Positions 50,322 to 63,601 are shown, counted from the stretch's first letter. The stretch: 64,000 bases of DNA from Selaginella moellendorffii (GCF_000143415.4 NW_003314417.1:89219-153218); one strand, 5' to 3'. Notes: generated by a model from the sequence alone, not told the origin. Numbers and translations: made by a program.

Positions 50322-53300
50322 CGAAATGAACAAGAGAGCTAACCTAGGCCAAACTCCCAAACCTTAAAGCATTACAGCCTTAATCCCACAGGCCATAGAA
50401 TATTCTTGGAATATTCTTATAGTTCATGTCATTTTCCCCTCCCTCATGACCCAGCCACAAACGGCAGCCTCGAGAAGCTAAACAAGCCTCATATGAAGGG
50501 AGTCCAAGGCAATACGGCTATGGAGAAAAGATATGCAAATGGCAACACCAACTTTGCGACAAACAGCCATGAAAGAAAGAAAGCAATATGGCTTTCTAAT
50601 ATGACAATATGGTCATGGAAACAAGAGAATAATAATAGAACAAATGGCTCAAATCATATAGCAATATGGCTATAGAACTCAATTCTCCCCTTCCTCAGGA
50701 ATGTCATCGAAGTCATAACTAAAATTTAGAAACACTCTCTTCAGGTCATACTTAGTTTCCCATGTAGCTTCATCTATTCCACTGAATTAACAACTCCCTA
50801 GTTGTCTTCCGGCGTGTTTTCACCAATCCTTAGCAAAAATATTGGCCAGACCAGCCTTCTCTACATCAATCTCTAGGACCTGGATGATGGACTGATCCAT
50901 GACATCACTAGAGTGCAAACACGCTTTAAGCTTGCTCACATAGAATGTTGGATGAATCTTTGAACTAGTTGGCAAGTCTAAAGTGTATGCAATATCCCCC
51001 ACATTGTAAAATTGTCCAAGGCCCACAATACCATGGAGACAACTTAGCACTGCCACCTCCTTTCAAACACTGTTGTGCATCTGACAATTTAAGGAAAACT
51101 TTGTCACTAACTTTGTACTCTTGATGATGACGATGCTTATCAGCCAATCTTTTGTCTCGCTCTCCTTATGTTCAACTTTGCCAACTCAAGCTTGTCTTGC
51201 ATATCCTCCAGAAAATCACAAGCATGAGGTACCCGAACCAAAGCCAAATTCAAGCTCATAGGAGATCTAGGCTCATAACCATAAATCGCCATAAAGGGAG
51301 ACATGCTAATAGCCAATTGATGAGTGTTATTGTGTGCAAACTGAAGCAAAGGCAAGTACTTCTCCCATACTCCCTGTCCAGTCAAGTTTCCCACAAAAGA
51401 CCTCAGCATATCTTCTAATAGCTGATTCTTGCACTCTGACTGCCCATCTAATTGTGGATGCTCACCACTACTCATGCTTAGCTTAGTCTTTAGATTCTCA
51501 AAGACTGTTTGCCAAAACTTGGATGTGAACTTGGGATCCCGATCACTCACAATGTCACCCAGCAAACCATAGAGATTGAATAACCAGTCTACAAACAACT
51601 AAACAAGTTCTGAAGTTTTTATCATTGTCTTCATAGAGAAGAAGTGAGCCATCTTCGTCAAACGATCCACAACAACCCAAATAGCATCATTTCTTTGAAA
51701 GGTCTTGGGCAAACCAGTGATAAAGTCCATCAAGATGCTATCCCATTTATTCTTGAGTATACATAAAGGATGATAGAGGCTAGTGAGCTTCTGATGATCA
51801 ACTTTGACCGTCTGGCAGGTCAAACAACCATGTACGTATTTCTCAACATTTAACTTCATCCCAAGCCAAAAGAAATGCCTCTTCACCAACATATACATTC
51901 TCAATACCCCGGATGCTCAACACTTGGCACATCATGACACTCAACCAAAATCTGTTTGATGAGTTTGTCAACACAAGGAACCACTACACGTCCCTTTTTC
52001 ACCAGGATTCCATCTCGTATTTTAAATGACACAAACTTGTCACCCTTCAAATCTGTAGAGGCATCCCTCAACAAAACCTTCACGCAAATATCAATATAAA
52101 AGAGTCAAAGTCAGCAAACTCCTTAAGCTCATCCAAGAGATCGCTGGATAGCTTTACGAATGAAATAGAATTTACCATCCTGGATAATGCATCAACCACC
52201 TTATTGTCACCTCAATGTTTGTAGCGGATCTTAACAGACATTTCCTGCAAAAAATCTTGCCAACAAGCAAGGTGGCCTCGAAAATCCACATTTGGAGAGA
52301 CTAATGATCTGAATCTACATGGAAGTCCTATCCATACAGATATTGTTGCCATTCCTTCATAGCAGCAATCATGATATATAACTCCTTGTTGCGAAGGGCT
52401 AATTCTGTTGTGTGGCATCAAACTTATAGTTCATGAATGCAAGAGAATGCCTAACTTAAAGCAATATGGCCCCAAAAACACTATCACTCACATCATTGCC
52501 TTTAACTTCCATCACAGTCACCTTATCATTCATTCACCCCTTCAAAACAATCCTTGCTTTGATATTCAGCCCTGTGGCAACAAAACAATTGCCCTCCGCC
52601 TTGTCTTTCTCTCGTTAGTCTAAATGAAGCTTCTTAGCCTCACTACCATCTTCATGCTTCAAGCCACAACAAAACAACGGCCATTTCTTCCTTGAATATG
52701 AGCATTGGTGAGATGGTCATCACGTTGACTACCCCATAAACAATCTCGTTGACTAGAGTTGACTGATGGTTTGGGTAAGAAAATCTGAGCCTTAGTGATA
52801 GCATGAGTTAATGTTGCTGGAAAATCCTTCTTGACCTTCTGCTGCACATCCACTGAGCTCAATCCTTTGATGAAATATTGCACCTTTAGCAGCTCATTGT
52901 AAGTGCCCGTGAAACTAAGGCAAAGATCATGGAACTTGCAGACATATGCATCCAAAGACAAAGTCCCCTACTGGATCTCTAACAGCTGATTCATGAGATC
53001 AACCTCTTCAAACTTCTTGACAAATAAAGCGTGAAAAACCTTCATCAAATCAGTCCAAGAAGTCGGCTTTAGATTAACTTTGATGTAGTTCTTCCACCAC
53101 GAAGAAGCATGGCCCATAAACTTTGTCATAAAAAAAATCAATTTTCACCTTATCCTTACAAGGATTGTGAAACCAACAACTTTCCCACAATTCCAACCAA
53201 GAATCAACCTTTTGGCTATCATAAATATCTGGTGATGATTTCCATTCCACAATACCATAATCCTTGGCATATTTGACATACCAATGGTAATCATGGACAT

Positions 53301-53637
53301 GAGATCAATTCAACCCTTGAGTCCATGCGAAGCAAAAAATCTTTAATGAGATTGATGGAATCCTTAACTTCCTTTATGTCGCTCTGAACCTCAAAAATCT
53401 GGCATCCTTGCCACACAACAACATCATTCCTCATTGTCATGGTAATCATCACTAATGCCATACTCTTCATTAGGATCATTTTGCTCACTTGCCATCCCCA
53501 AAAGAATGTGCTGCTCCGATACTAATGAAACAAACAAGAGAGCGAACCCTAGGCCAACCTCTCAACCCTTAAGGCGTTACAGCCTTAAATCCCACAGGTC
53601 ATGGAATAATCTTGGAATATTCTTGTGGTTCTTGTCA
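50322..53637 (-). mobile_element. Internally deleted Gypsy (chromovirus-like) element V with ~110-bp LTRs
   Basis: TSD AGTTG (50317-50321 / 53638-53642). LTRs 50322-50431 and 53526-53637. PBS-like tagtatcggagc. gag ~53400-52650 and integrase (MDFITGLP, VVVDRLTKMAHF, IVSDRDPKFTS, HPQLDGQSE), plus a chromodomain-like tail (LLIQW..EATWE). Protease and RT are absent. Confidence 0.85.
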
Positions 53638-53689
53638 AGTTGTCATTAAATTGGAAAACAAAGTGGAAACCTAAAGCGCGGGATTGCGT

Positions 53690-56504
53690 ATGGGGCAATT
53701 TCGTATACGAGTGCACCTGCGTTTGAGACCGTCAGACAAACACTCGTCTCATTTTCATCTGGAGCATAAGGCTAATGGCTTGCCATCAATCGTCCGGGTT
53801 AACCTTCTCAAGCCTGAAAGGATCGTTTCAAAGCACTTCAAGGAAGAAGTGTGCTTCAATTTCGACAGCATTATCGAAGTAAGTAGCCTCGAGGTAAGAA
53901 GTTGAACTTTACTTTTGCTTGCGTCCAGGGAGCCACTCAAGAAGCCGTATTTGAAAGATGTGCAGCTCCAGCACTAACAGATGTACTCAATGGCTACAAT
54001 GGCAACATTGTTGCTTATGGACAAGTTGGATCTGGAAAGACGTTCACAATGGCTGGGGAAACAAAAGTTCGTTTTCTTATTTCCATCCCACACATGGCTT
54101 ACGAGGTCAATTGTGGCAATCAGCCTTTTGTTCACAGTGGAGTTATTCCTCGATGTATCAACCGTCTTTTTGAAGAAAAAGAATCTAAGCCTGAAGCTGA
54201 GATCACAATTCATGTTTCTTATCTAGAAATATATAATGAAGTTAGTCTGAACAAAGGCCTTCTTTATTTTCTTTAATCTTCCTACTTCCAGGTTGTATAT
54301 GATCTTCTGATGAAAAATCAAGCTGCAAGCAACTTAGTACTGATGGAAGGGAGAGGCATAATGGAAGTCAAAGGCCTTCGCAAGACTCTTTGCCGAACTG
54401 AAGCTGATGCTATGAAGCTTCTCTTTGAAGGAGGGCAGAGGAGGTCGGTCGCAAGCCATCCACTCAACCGGGTATGTTCGTCAACCTGATTATATCTTCC
54501 CTTTTTTAAAATGGACATATGCGTTATCAATGACCCATTTCAGGCGTCTAGTAGATCACATACCGTGTTTACATTGTATGTGGAACGACATGCTGGACTC
54601 AAGTCTCTTCCAGAAAGAACTGCTGCAAGGTTGAATTTGATCGATCTCGCTGGATTGGAGCGGTTCAGAGGTTTTAAGCCACCAGATCCACTAATGAGGG
54701 AAGCCATGTCCATAAACAAGTCACTTACGTTTCTAGAACAGGTAAACAAGCTTTTTTGCACATATAATTAATTTAGGTTCATTTCAGGCTGTTCTAGAGC
54801 TGAGAAGGGGGCAGAACCACATTTCTTTCAGGCAAAGTCGGTTAACAGCCTTCCTTCGGGATGCGATCGTAGGAAACGGGAAAACAGTCTTAATCATCTG
54901 TGCAGTACCAGAGGATGATTACCTTGATGAGACGGTATGGCTTCTTTTCTTATCAAAATAAAGTTCTTTATTTAATCACGTGCTGTATGACATCAGATTA
55001 GCGTCTTTAAATTTGCAAAACGTCTCAGAGAACTAAAGACTAAAGCTGTGATAAACAAAGTTTTGGATCCAATTTACAAAGAACGGTACACATGCACTCC
55101 ATGAAACGCTCCATAATTTTTACCGCATAACAGGAAGTATGAGAAGCGCATCCTTGAGCTTAAGCAGGAGCTTGCTTTAAAAGATGCACTGAATGGCCAT
55201 GCGAACATTTCTTATGAGGAAATGAAGTAAGATTATTGACAGAACCTCAATATTATTACATTTATTACTGGCCGTGGACGACCAGTGATGATTTGAAGAT
55301 GGAGCTTCAAGCGTCAGTCAAGCAGTTCCTCGCTGATGGTGGGACCATCAATGACATTCCAGTGGACACACTATCTCAAGTAACTAGGTCCTCAATGATT
55401 ATGTATGTTTCTAAAGAATATTCTTGGGCAGGTGAGGGAGATTTTCAACATTTTTAAGGAAGCACAACTTAGTCTACAACAACAAGAAGTGAGTTTTTCT
55501 CAGAAAGCTCACCTATAGACTTGCCTAAAGTATAATGATCAGGTCAGTAAAGGACAAACGGATTGCGCTGCAGGTATAGAACATCCAGATGATAGTCTTG
55601 CTGCTCAACCATGTTCAACTGAGGGAGTGGGTGAGCTGGATGGTCAGGTATTTCTGGTTACAATACTTTGAGCTTTTCCCTTAAACTATTAGTAGAGCTT
55701 CCATGTTGGCGAGGCACCACTGGATGCAAAGCCTGACTTGCAAGATATTTTAATTCCGCCTGTAGTAAAGGATCCTGATCAAGAAGTTGCTTCTGTTCTG
55801 CAATCTCGTTCTGTCAAAGAAGAACCAAGTCCAGACACAAAGAATGCGGTAAGGGTATCGAATTGTATATCATGGTTATGCAGATTGTTTGTTTGGCAGG
55901 CCTTTATTCACTACAAAAAGAATGTAGCTGAGGGTCACCAATTTGAGTCACTGATAAAAGACAAAACTATTGAACTAAGGTACCTGAAAGTTTGTACGTA
56001 CTTTTATGTCTTTCCAACAGGCTCAAGAGAAAATTTGCACATGAGACGCAAGCTCATATTCAGGGCGGCAGACAGGAAATTAGTGACCTGAATGTAAGAA
56101 TCTGTTTATCTTTTTCCTCCAGTGTTGCTTAGTACGTGACAGCGAGTGTAGTGTCTGCTTGACGAACGCTCAAGCAGAGCAGTACTTCTTGAAGAGAATC
56201 AAGTCCTTGTGGTAAATGAAAGAAAGGAAATTTCTCAAAGGTGAAATACCATTAGAATAAAGCTCTTTAGTTCTAACAAGAGTACAGGCTTAGAAATGTC
56301 AAATCGGAGTATCGTACGGCATTTGAAGCTCTCAAGCAGGTCAAAAGGGAAATTGATCATGTCAACCAAGAGGTATGGATTCTCTACTTTGTATCTGTTT
56401 GGTCGAATTATTTGTTGTCGAATTGCTTATAGATACGAGAGCTTAAAAGAAACTTGCTGGAATCATTCTACAAGTGGTTTGAAACGCATAAAAACTCTAT
56501 GTAA
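53690..56504 (+). CDS. Kinesin-9 family (KIF6/KIF9-like) motor protein, multi-exon
   Basis: Exons 53690-53878, 53929-54066, 54124-54240, 54292-54471, 54544-54741, 54788-54934, 54997-55085, 55134-55226 and 55286-55379 splice in frame via GT-AG introns. Later exons were not all phase-checked. Motifs IRVHLRLRP, GQVGSGKT, SYLEIYNE, SSRSH, DLAGLER and INKSL; KIF6/9-type YEKRILELKQELALKD and the C-terminal EIDHV..LLESFYKWF; stop at 56502-56504. Confidence 0.88.
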
Positions 56505-59159
56505 ATTTAAACGTAGTTTTGTAACAGAGCTATTGTCAATGTAGATTTTTAAATTAGAGGCCAAAGTTCCTTAATTTAGCCATAAAGCAAAAGCACAAAT
56601 TTTCCCTCCCCTGGTCCATGTACAAACCAGCTGCAAGATGGGCACTGATTTCAAGGGAGAGAGATGTTTGGATGTTAATTCCCATCTAAAGGAAAACATT
56701 CTAGCAGCGCCTCTTGACTAACACTGCCTCGTGCAAGATCAACAACACAATGGAAGGGCACTTCCCTCGAGTATTTTTTCTAAGGGAAGGGATGTTTTGC
56801 CGTCCTCCAAACTCACTAAATTGGAAGGAACCAAAACAAACATGAGGAATTGTCTATAATGGTTTAGATGGTGGAGAATTAGCTGCACATGGGACGCCAT
56901 GGTATTTGAGTATTTATCCCCATCCTCTTGACTGAGATCCTCTTCAGCTGGTTGTATCCTATTCATAGGCACATCAAGCTTTCTTTTCGCCAGAACCTAT
57001 GTCTGCGACGGATCTCTCACGAGAAAAGGCTCCCATTGCAGTGAGATCTGAACGTGCTCTGCCAGTTGCCAGGTCCCAGGCATTAGCTTCTGCATTGCAA
57101 GTTCTTGTTAATTAAACAAAGAAACTACCATGCTGGCAAAGCACAAAGACGGGCTTGTTATTGATACCCAACAGAAATAGATACTGATTGCGGTAACACC
57201 GTCATATGTTGAATCCGCTAAGAAGTAACATGACAACTTTCGACAAAAAATATTGGAGGATAATAGTTTCGAACGCATAGTCAGGTGCCTGAGTCATCGG
57301 CCTGGAAGGAACTCTTGAGAGCAACCCCAAGTCTCACTTAAGAGCCTCAGTGGTATGCAAGACGAGAACTGGCTTCTATCTGCTGATGAATAGATAACAA
57401 TGTGAAAAAAAAAAAAAGACTGAGAAGATATTAAGGCGAAGTATTTATTTCTTTGTGACACTTGCATTTATTTTTGAGCAATTGATAGAAATGTAATGTT
57501 TGTAGCTAGTTTCCATCACCATAAATAACCAATTTGGAATATAACTTGCTGGATCGAGAAGAAAGTATGTTCCAGACAAAGTGCAAAGCTCAGTGATGAA
57601 CCAATTTGAACATAAGGAACGCAGCAATTGCACTATAAAAAGACAGAACTTACAAAACCATATGATCTTCATTAGGCCATGAAGAGCTCTTGCAAACCGA
57701 ACTTGCTTGGATCTCCTACACCATGAGAGCTGCAAGAGAATGAGAAATTCATAGCGCAAGCATTGGATTTGGTGGTCGTCGGAAACTGGTAAAAGAAAGG
57801 TATCCCTGTACTCAAACTCCTTGGGTCCAGCCATAGTGATTGAGATTGCCAAAATGCGGTCTTGATTGCTTCAAAGACTGGTTCACTAGGATCACACCTC
57901 CTGGTCTGGGAGGCTAAGTCAGGAAGTTCATCTTCTTCATTGTCTCCATTGATGAAATTTCATCACTGGAGACAACAGTGATTTCTTCCTTCACTCCCTG
58001 AATTATAGTTGGCTGAGGCACCCTCATCAAAACGCTTTGGAGATCCTGTGACAAGAATCTCATGACCACTGAATCCCATCCTCTCCTACACTGCTATCAA
58101 GGAAGATTGACTTTTCTACCAGATTATCTATGTCACAACAAACATTCTCAATATAAATAGAACTGAGCTTCAATTTGAATCTTCTACAAAGGAAACTTTC
58201 TCTTAGAACACTTTAGGAAAGATTATCAGAGGCTTCTAATCAAACTTCAAATGAAACTCTCTTATTGCATTAGGTCACTCAAACACTTAGAAAACTTTTG
58301 GGAAGAAACTGACAGTGAAGAACAAGGATATTTGTCCTTGATTGAGTGGAAAAGGAATTTAAGATTTGCTTCTAAAGCATTGAATGATTGTGTCCTTGTA
58401 AAGACACATCACATCTTTGTTCACAGTGGATTTTTCCAATAAATATATCCTACAGCTTGCAAATTAAGGTACTGAAGAAAAGATTACAGAAGCTAAAAAG
58501 CTATCCATTTAATAGCAACATCGAAAAGAATGAAAACTAGTGAATTAACTTTGTGCATTCCTAATTGTTGATTTTTAGGGTTTTTTGGCTAGGGTTTGAG
58601 AAGGGGTGCAGGGAGCTTCTAGCAGGGAAGGGTGAGAGAAAGGCACTTCAATCTTGCAATGTGCTTCAATCTCTAGTGATATAGGTAAAGAAATAGGCTT
58701 CTCAATCATTGTATGCCTTAAGCTTCTTCTCAAAGTCCTCTACTGCTTCTCCATCTCCCCATTTGTTGCTCTCAAGCCGCTGCTTGTGGCTCGTGGCTCA
58801 CAGTTTTTCTTTCCTTGGCACTGGAAAGATCAGTTAGGCAGCAAACTGATCATTCCAGCACATCAGTTTCTATATTTTTTTTTCTTGTTTCTTCTCTTAG
58901 TGCTAGAAAGATCAGTTTGGCAGTGAATCAATATTTCCAGCGCACTAGCTTCTGCTTTTTCTTTCTTGTTTTAGCTTCTACAATAGGAAACCAAAGAAAT
59001 GCATTGTTGTGAAAGAGAAGAAGCTGAAACTGAGTTTCTCNNNNNNNNNNNNNNNNNNNNNNNNNNNNNNNNNNNNNNNNNNNNNNNNNNNNNNNNNNNN
59101 NNNNNNNNNNNNNNNNNNNNNNNNNNNNNNNNNNNNNNNNAACAACTTGATGAGATACT

Positions 59160-59440
59160 GGTGGTATCTATATGGAAATTTTACAGTGGCTCAAAATAGA
59201 GAGAAGTTTACTAATGAGCACCACTAATTCTAGGAATATAAAATGGGAGCTCTTGTCTTTGTGCGACTGATCTATTAGGTGAGTAGTAGAACACTTTTTG
59301 CCTTTGTAGAGTAAGAAGAGTGACAAACTTTCTCACATATATGCTGATGTATGTGAAATGTTGGAGCCCATTGGTAAAATGGCTTATCAAGTGCAACTGT
59401 CAGCTAGAGTGAAATTCATTCTTTCCGTGTGTTTTGCTTG
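59160..59440 (+). mobile_element. Gypsy integrase C-terminal remnant
   Basis: EYKMGALVFVRL and LEPIGKMAYQVQL resemble the GPY/F region. Confidence 0.55.
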
Positions 59441-59471
59441 CTAGGCTTAAGCTTTTGGTGGCACTGTACAG

Positions 59472-59862
59472 GGACGTTTAAGCTGACAATGCAATTCACA
59501 GAGGACTATCCCAACAAACCTCCCACTGTGAGGTTTGTTTCCAAGATGTTCCATCCCAATAGTGAGTCCCTTTTTTGATTTTCTACTCATCTCTTCGCAG
59601 TTTATGCTGACAGAAGTATCTGCAAAATCAATGGAGTCTGATCTATGATGTTGTGGCAATTCTTATGTCCATACAGGTTTGGTTTTTTTTTTCTCACCTT
59701 TGTTGGAATAGACTTTCTTACACTTATCCATTGCAGTCACTGCTTTGTGATCCTAACCCAAACTCGCTGGCAAATTCCAAAGCAGCACAGATGTATAGTG
59801 AGAACTGTCGAGAGTACAACTGGAGAGTCTGCGACATTGTGGAGCAGAGCTGGACGGCATAA
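59472..59862 (+). pseudogene. RAD6/UBC1-3 class ubiquitin-conjugating enzyme E2, 5'-truncated pseudogene with introns
   Basis: Exons 59472-59561 ([30 protein letters not shown]), 59601-59676 (YADRSIC[LDIL deleted][10 protein letters not shown]) and 59737-59862 ([18 protein letters not shown]). Confidence 0.88.
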
Positions 59863-61859
59863 TAGCCTGGATTTGTGGGGCAAGGCAGCATTTATGAGTG
59901 ATATTTTGCAATATATTTGTTGCATTGGCTAGCTCTATACTTTATGTCAATCAGTTAAGGTGTACTATCTCAAAATGAAAGGCCCAGTGACTCCTGATGT
60001 ATACGGTTATAGGTGATGGACCAGGAGTTTGGGTTTTGATCTGGTCTACAAACCTATTTGACTTTGGCTGCAGGTTCATTTAAAAAAGGTTTAGAAGGGG
60101 AGGTTGGGTGGCTGCTACGGATCTCTGAGTCAATCGGATGAGTAAAAGACTGAGCGAAGGCTGGGCTTTTATGTAAGGTGCCTTTCTGATATCTTCATCT
60201 TCTTTTCAAGTTCATCAGTCACTCAACTTGATTCAAAATGCAGGAAAATCTGGGCAGAAAAATGCGTATAATGAATAAAGCACTGATCTGATCTCTTCTC
60301 CAGCATCACTAAATCTTCTCTCCTGTGCGCAACAAAGTGGAGCTTACATCTTTGCTAAGTGCGTGTCTTGGGCCAGGCACTGTATCACAATATCGTCACC
60401 ATCTCAATGCTTTCGTACAAGATGTGAGACAATGAGAGAAAGAACCTCAAGCAAACATGGCTTTCGGTGGATCTTCAACGTAAAAAGTAGATTACATGCA
60501 AATGGTCAGCATGGGCTTATACAAGCTTGATGATTCCCACATTGTCTTGTGGAATTCATCAAGAATCTGAGAAAATGAGGACCACATCTTTGCTGCTCAG
60601 TGCTTGGCACAATCTTCATATGGCAAACTTGGGTTCTTGCTTAAGCCCTTGTCTCCTTTCCAATGTCTTTCCTACATTGCGCAGGCAATTCAGTCATGCT
60701 TCAAGGTTGATGGACCAAGACGATTCGGTTTGCAGCTCTGCCATTGGAGGTGGCACACCTGTTTCTTGTTTATCCAAAAAATGCCCTCCACTTTGGTGTC
60801 TTAGAGGTACCTTTCATTTGCATGTCCAGCTGCTGCATCTCCACATAAATTTCGTCTCTCTATGGATGTGGCATGACAGAAGAAAATTGCAGTGACCTAT
60901 AAACTCACTTCTCTGTTTCTTTGAGACTCACACAAATGAGCACCACAAAAGAGCCAACCAAGCAAGTTTCTTACACTCAAGTCTGACAGTCATTTTGCAG
61001 GTGTTTATATTACAAAACAGATGAATAATAACATCAATTACTGATTTTGATTTCCCGTCTTTACACAATGCATTAATGAAGCTAAGAACTATTATTTCCC
61101 TTAAAAAGGCCTGGAAGAACCAAACTGGAGCACCAGCTGCTGGTTGGTTTTATTTTTCTCTAGCAGGAAGTTTGTTTGGAATCTGAGATCTGGAATCCCA
61201 GATTTTTTTACAGACACAATCAAGGCTATGTAAGGGATCAGAGCATTGACTGTGACACTAGATTCAACCAAGAGTACAGTTCTTAGCCAGGACTCAGGAC
61301 CAAACACTTCAATGACGACATGGATTATTATCATAGCAAGGTCTATCACTGATTTAAAGGTATACAACCATTTCTCCAAATGATCCTTACCACCTATTGA
61401 ATTTAGTTGCATGAGAATCCTCTAGGAACATTAAGAGCCCAAGTGCTAACATAAGTATCAGATTTGGACAAGCTGAGAGTTCCTTATAGAAGGCTACAGA
61501 AAGAAACTTCAAACAATTACCATGTCAAGAGCAATGACTTCACTATCATTCAATATTTCCTAAAGCCCGTTTATGAAATGTAATGGATAAGCACCTGTCT
61601 GTAGAAAATTTGAAAGATAAACCACATTCCCAGTAAATCAGAACCTACTTTAATTTCTCTGATAATGGGTAAACCAAAATAATCGTACTCTTTCCAAACA
61701 AATATACTCTTTACTTGTAAATTGAGTCATTGTTCTTCTCCTTGGTGGAGCACTTCTTTCTCTAATTACACACAAACTTTACACTATAATTAAACATTGC
61801 TTTATGCTTCAATGAAAGTGGGCTTCCATTTCATGCATAGACTCGATACAATTTCTGCA

Positions 61860-63600
61860 AATGAGTAAATTTTAATTAATATTATTGGTATATTCTGCTT
61901 TTTTATTTCTTCTAAAAGGTTTTAAAATAGTATTAGACTTATTTTTATGCTCTTAATATGCTTTAAAATTATTAGCACTAAAAATTATTCCAAAAACTAC
62001 TCTCTCCATTACTCATAAAAAGTTTTACAACTATACTATAAAGTATTTAAAACTACTCATTTTAAAAATTATTGTAATAGCTAAAGGAATCACTAAAAAT
62101 TGTGTTTACAATAATTAAATGTTATTTTAGAATTTTTTTCATATTTATTTTAATCTATATTTTCCAGTGGAGCTGGAATCTCAGCTTCATCATACTCATA
62201 AATTAACACTACATTATTAAAATTAAACATAATTTTGTTGGTCAAAGATGGTATATTGTAGACACAATAAAAAATACTATAATATTAAAATTAAATAAGT
62301 ACTGAATAGAAAAAATTATATATTTCATAACTTAAAATAGAAGAGTTGAATAGCTCCAGCTATTTTAACTTGAAAATTAGTTTTATTTTTTAAAATAATC
62401 TTATGATACTTGTTACATATTTATCAATGAATCTAATCTAGCTCAGATATAGTCTAATATTTGGGTGATATAATAAAGTTATAATACTTCTTCAAGGACT
62501 AATAATTTATGTATTGATACATGAAAAACATATAAATAAATATAATGATATAAAGGTAAAAATATGATTGAGGCAACATTATACATAATACAAAAGACTA
62601 CCATATAAAAAAAGTGACTTAAACTTTTATTATTATTAAACCAATCTATTGTTTAATCTTAAATTTCTGATATGTTATGGTTTTAGAAAAAAAAATATTA
62701 TATATCATCAATACCCTAATATCAAAGTAAATGTTAGGATCCTATCCCTTACGCCCTAAACCAACTAGCCAAAGGGGTGATCATTTATTTGTAGGGCCCT
62801 TTCTTTATCCTATTATCCTGACCTAGTGCCTAACAATCCTCCCTTCACAAAGGAATGATTGTCCACGATCATACTTAGGCCACCCTCGGGTCACCATGGT
62901 CCTTCTCTTAGGGTCTACCAAACCTTGGTTCTCCTTCTAAATCCACTATATTGAATATTCCTTTAGAATATTTCAGCCCCACTCGTCAACCACAAGAATT
63001 GAACTGGGCTCCAATACCAATGTTAGAATTCTATCCCTTACACCCTAACCCAACTATCTAAAGGGGTGATCACTTGATTGTAGGGCTGTTTCTTTATTCT
63101 ATTATCCTGACCTGGTGCCTAATAGTAAAACCTTACCATTCATTGAAAATATTAGCCTCATAACTAAGTTATAATGCTGTAAATTTAAATTTAAATAAAT
63201 GAAACATAGAAATAATAATACTAACTCATTCTCTCTATATAAAAACATGTATAGAAAGAATTTTAATTACATATAATATAATATGTTAGCTTTTAATTAG
63301 TACTCTTAAAAAATATAAATATAATTATTATAAAGGAGAGGATTTCAAATACAAATATAAAAAATAATTATAAAATTATAAAATAAAAATACACTATGTA
63401 GTTATAGAAATTTATTTTAAGTAAGTTTTGAAAAATACTAATTATATTTCAAAGAAATATAAAAATATTTTAAAGTAGAAAATGTTTATAAAAGTATTAT
63501 ATATATTCTAACTTAAAATAAAGGACTTAATATTTTGAGCTATTTATTTTTTAAAATGATTTTGTTTTTTTAATAGTAATCTTATAGTACTTATTAATAT
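61860..63600 (+). repeat. AT-rich Helitron-family body modules
   Basis: 62205-63400 is colinear with 9960-10900. Decayed terminator-like hairpin tccagtggagctgga at 62163-62177. Confidence 0.65.
62732..63124 (-). mobile_element. Very small TRIM family C (393 bp)
   Basis: 104-bp LTRs 62732-62835 and 63021-63124; TSD GTAAA (62727-62731 / 63125-63129); PBS tggtattggagc (rc 63008-63019); PPT gaagggaggat (rc 62836-62846). Confidence 0.9.
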
Positions 63601-63601
63601 A

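Noticed and set aside
56600-59040. Coding-like minus-strand pieces and LTR-like low-complexity DNA
   Set aside because: I could not assign any family or consistent exon chain by eye; this needs BLASTX.
60000-61700. Short ORFs 60527-60895 and 61101-61412
   Set aside because: No recognisable domain; probably degenerate cargo or TE debris.
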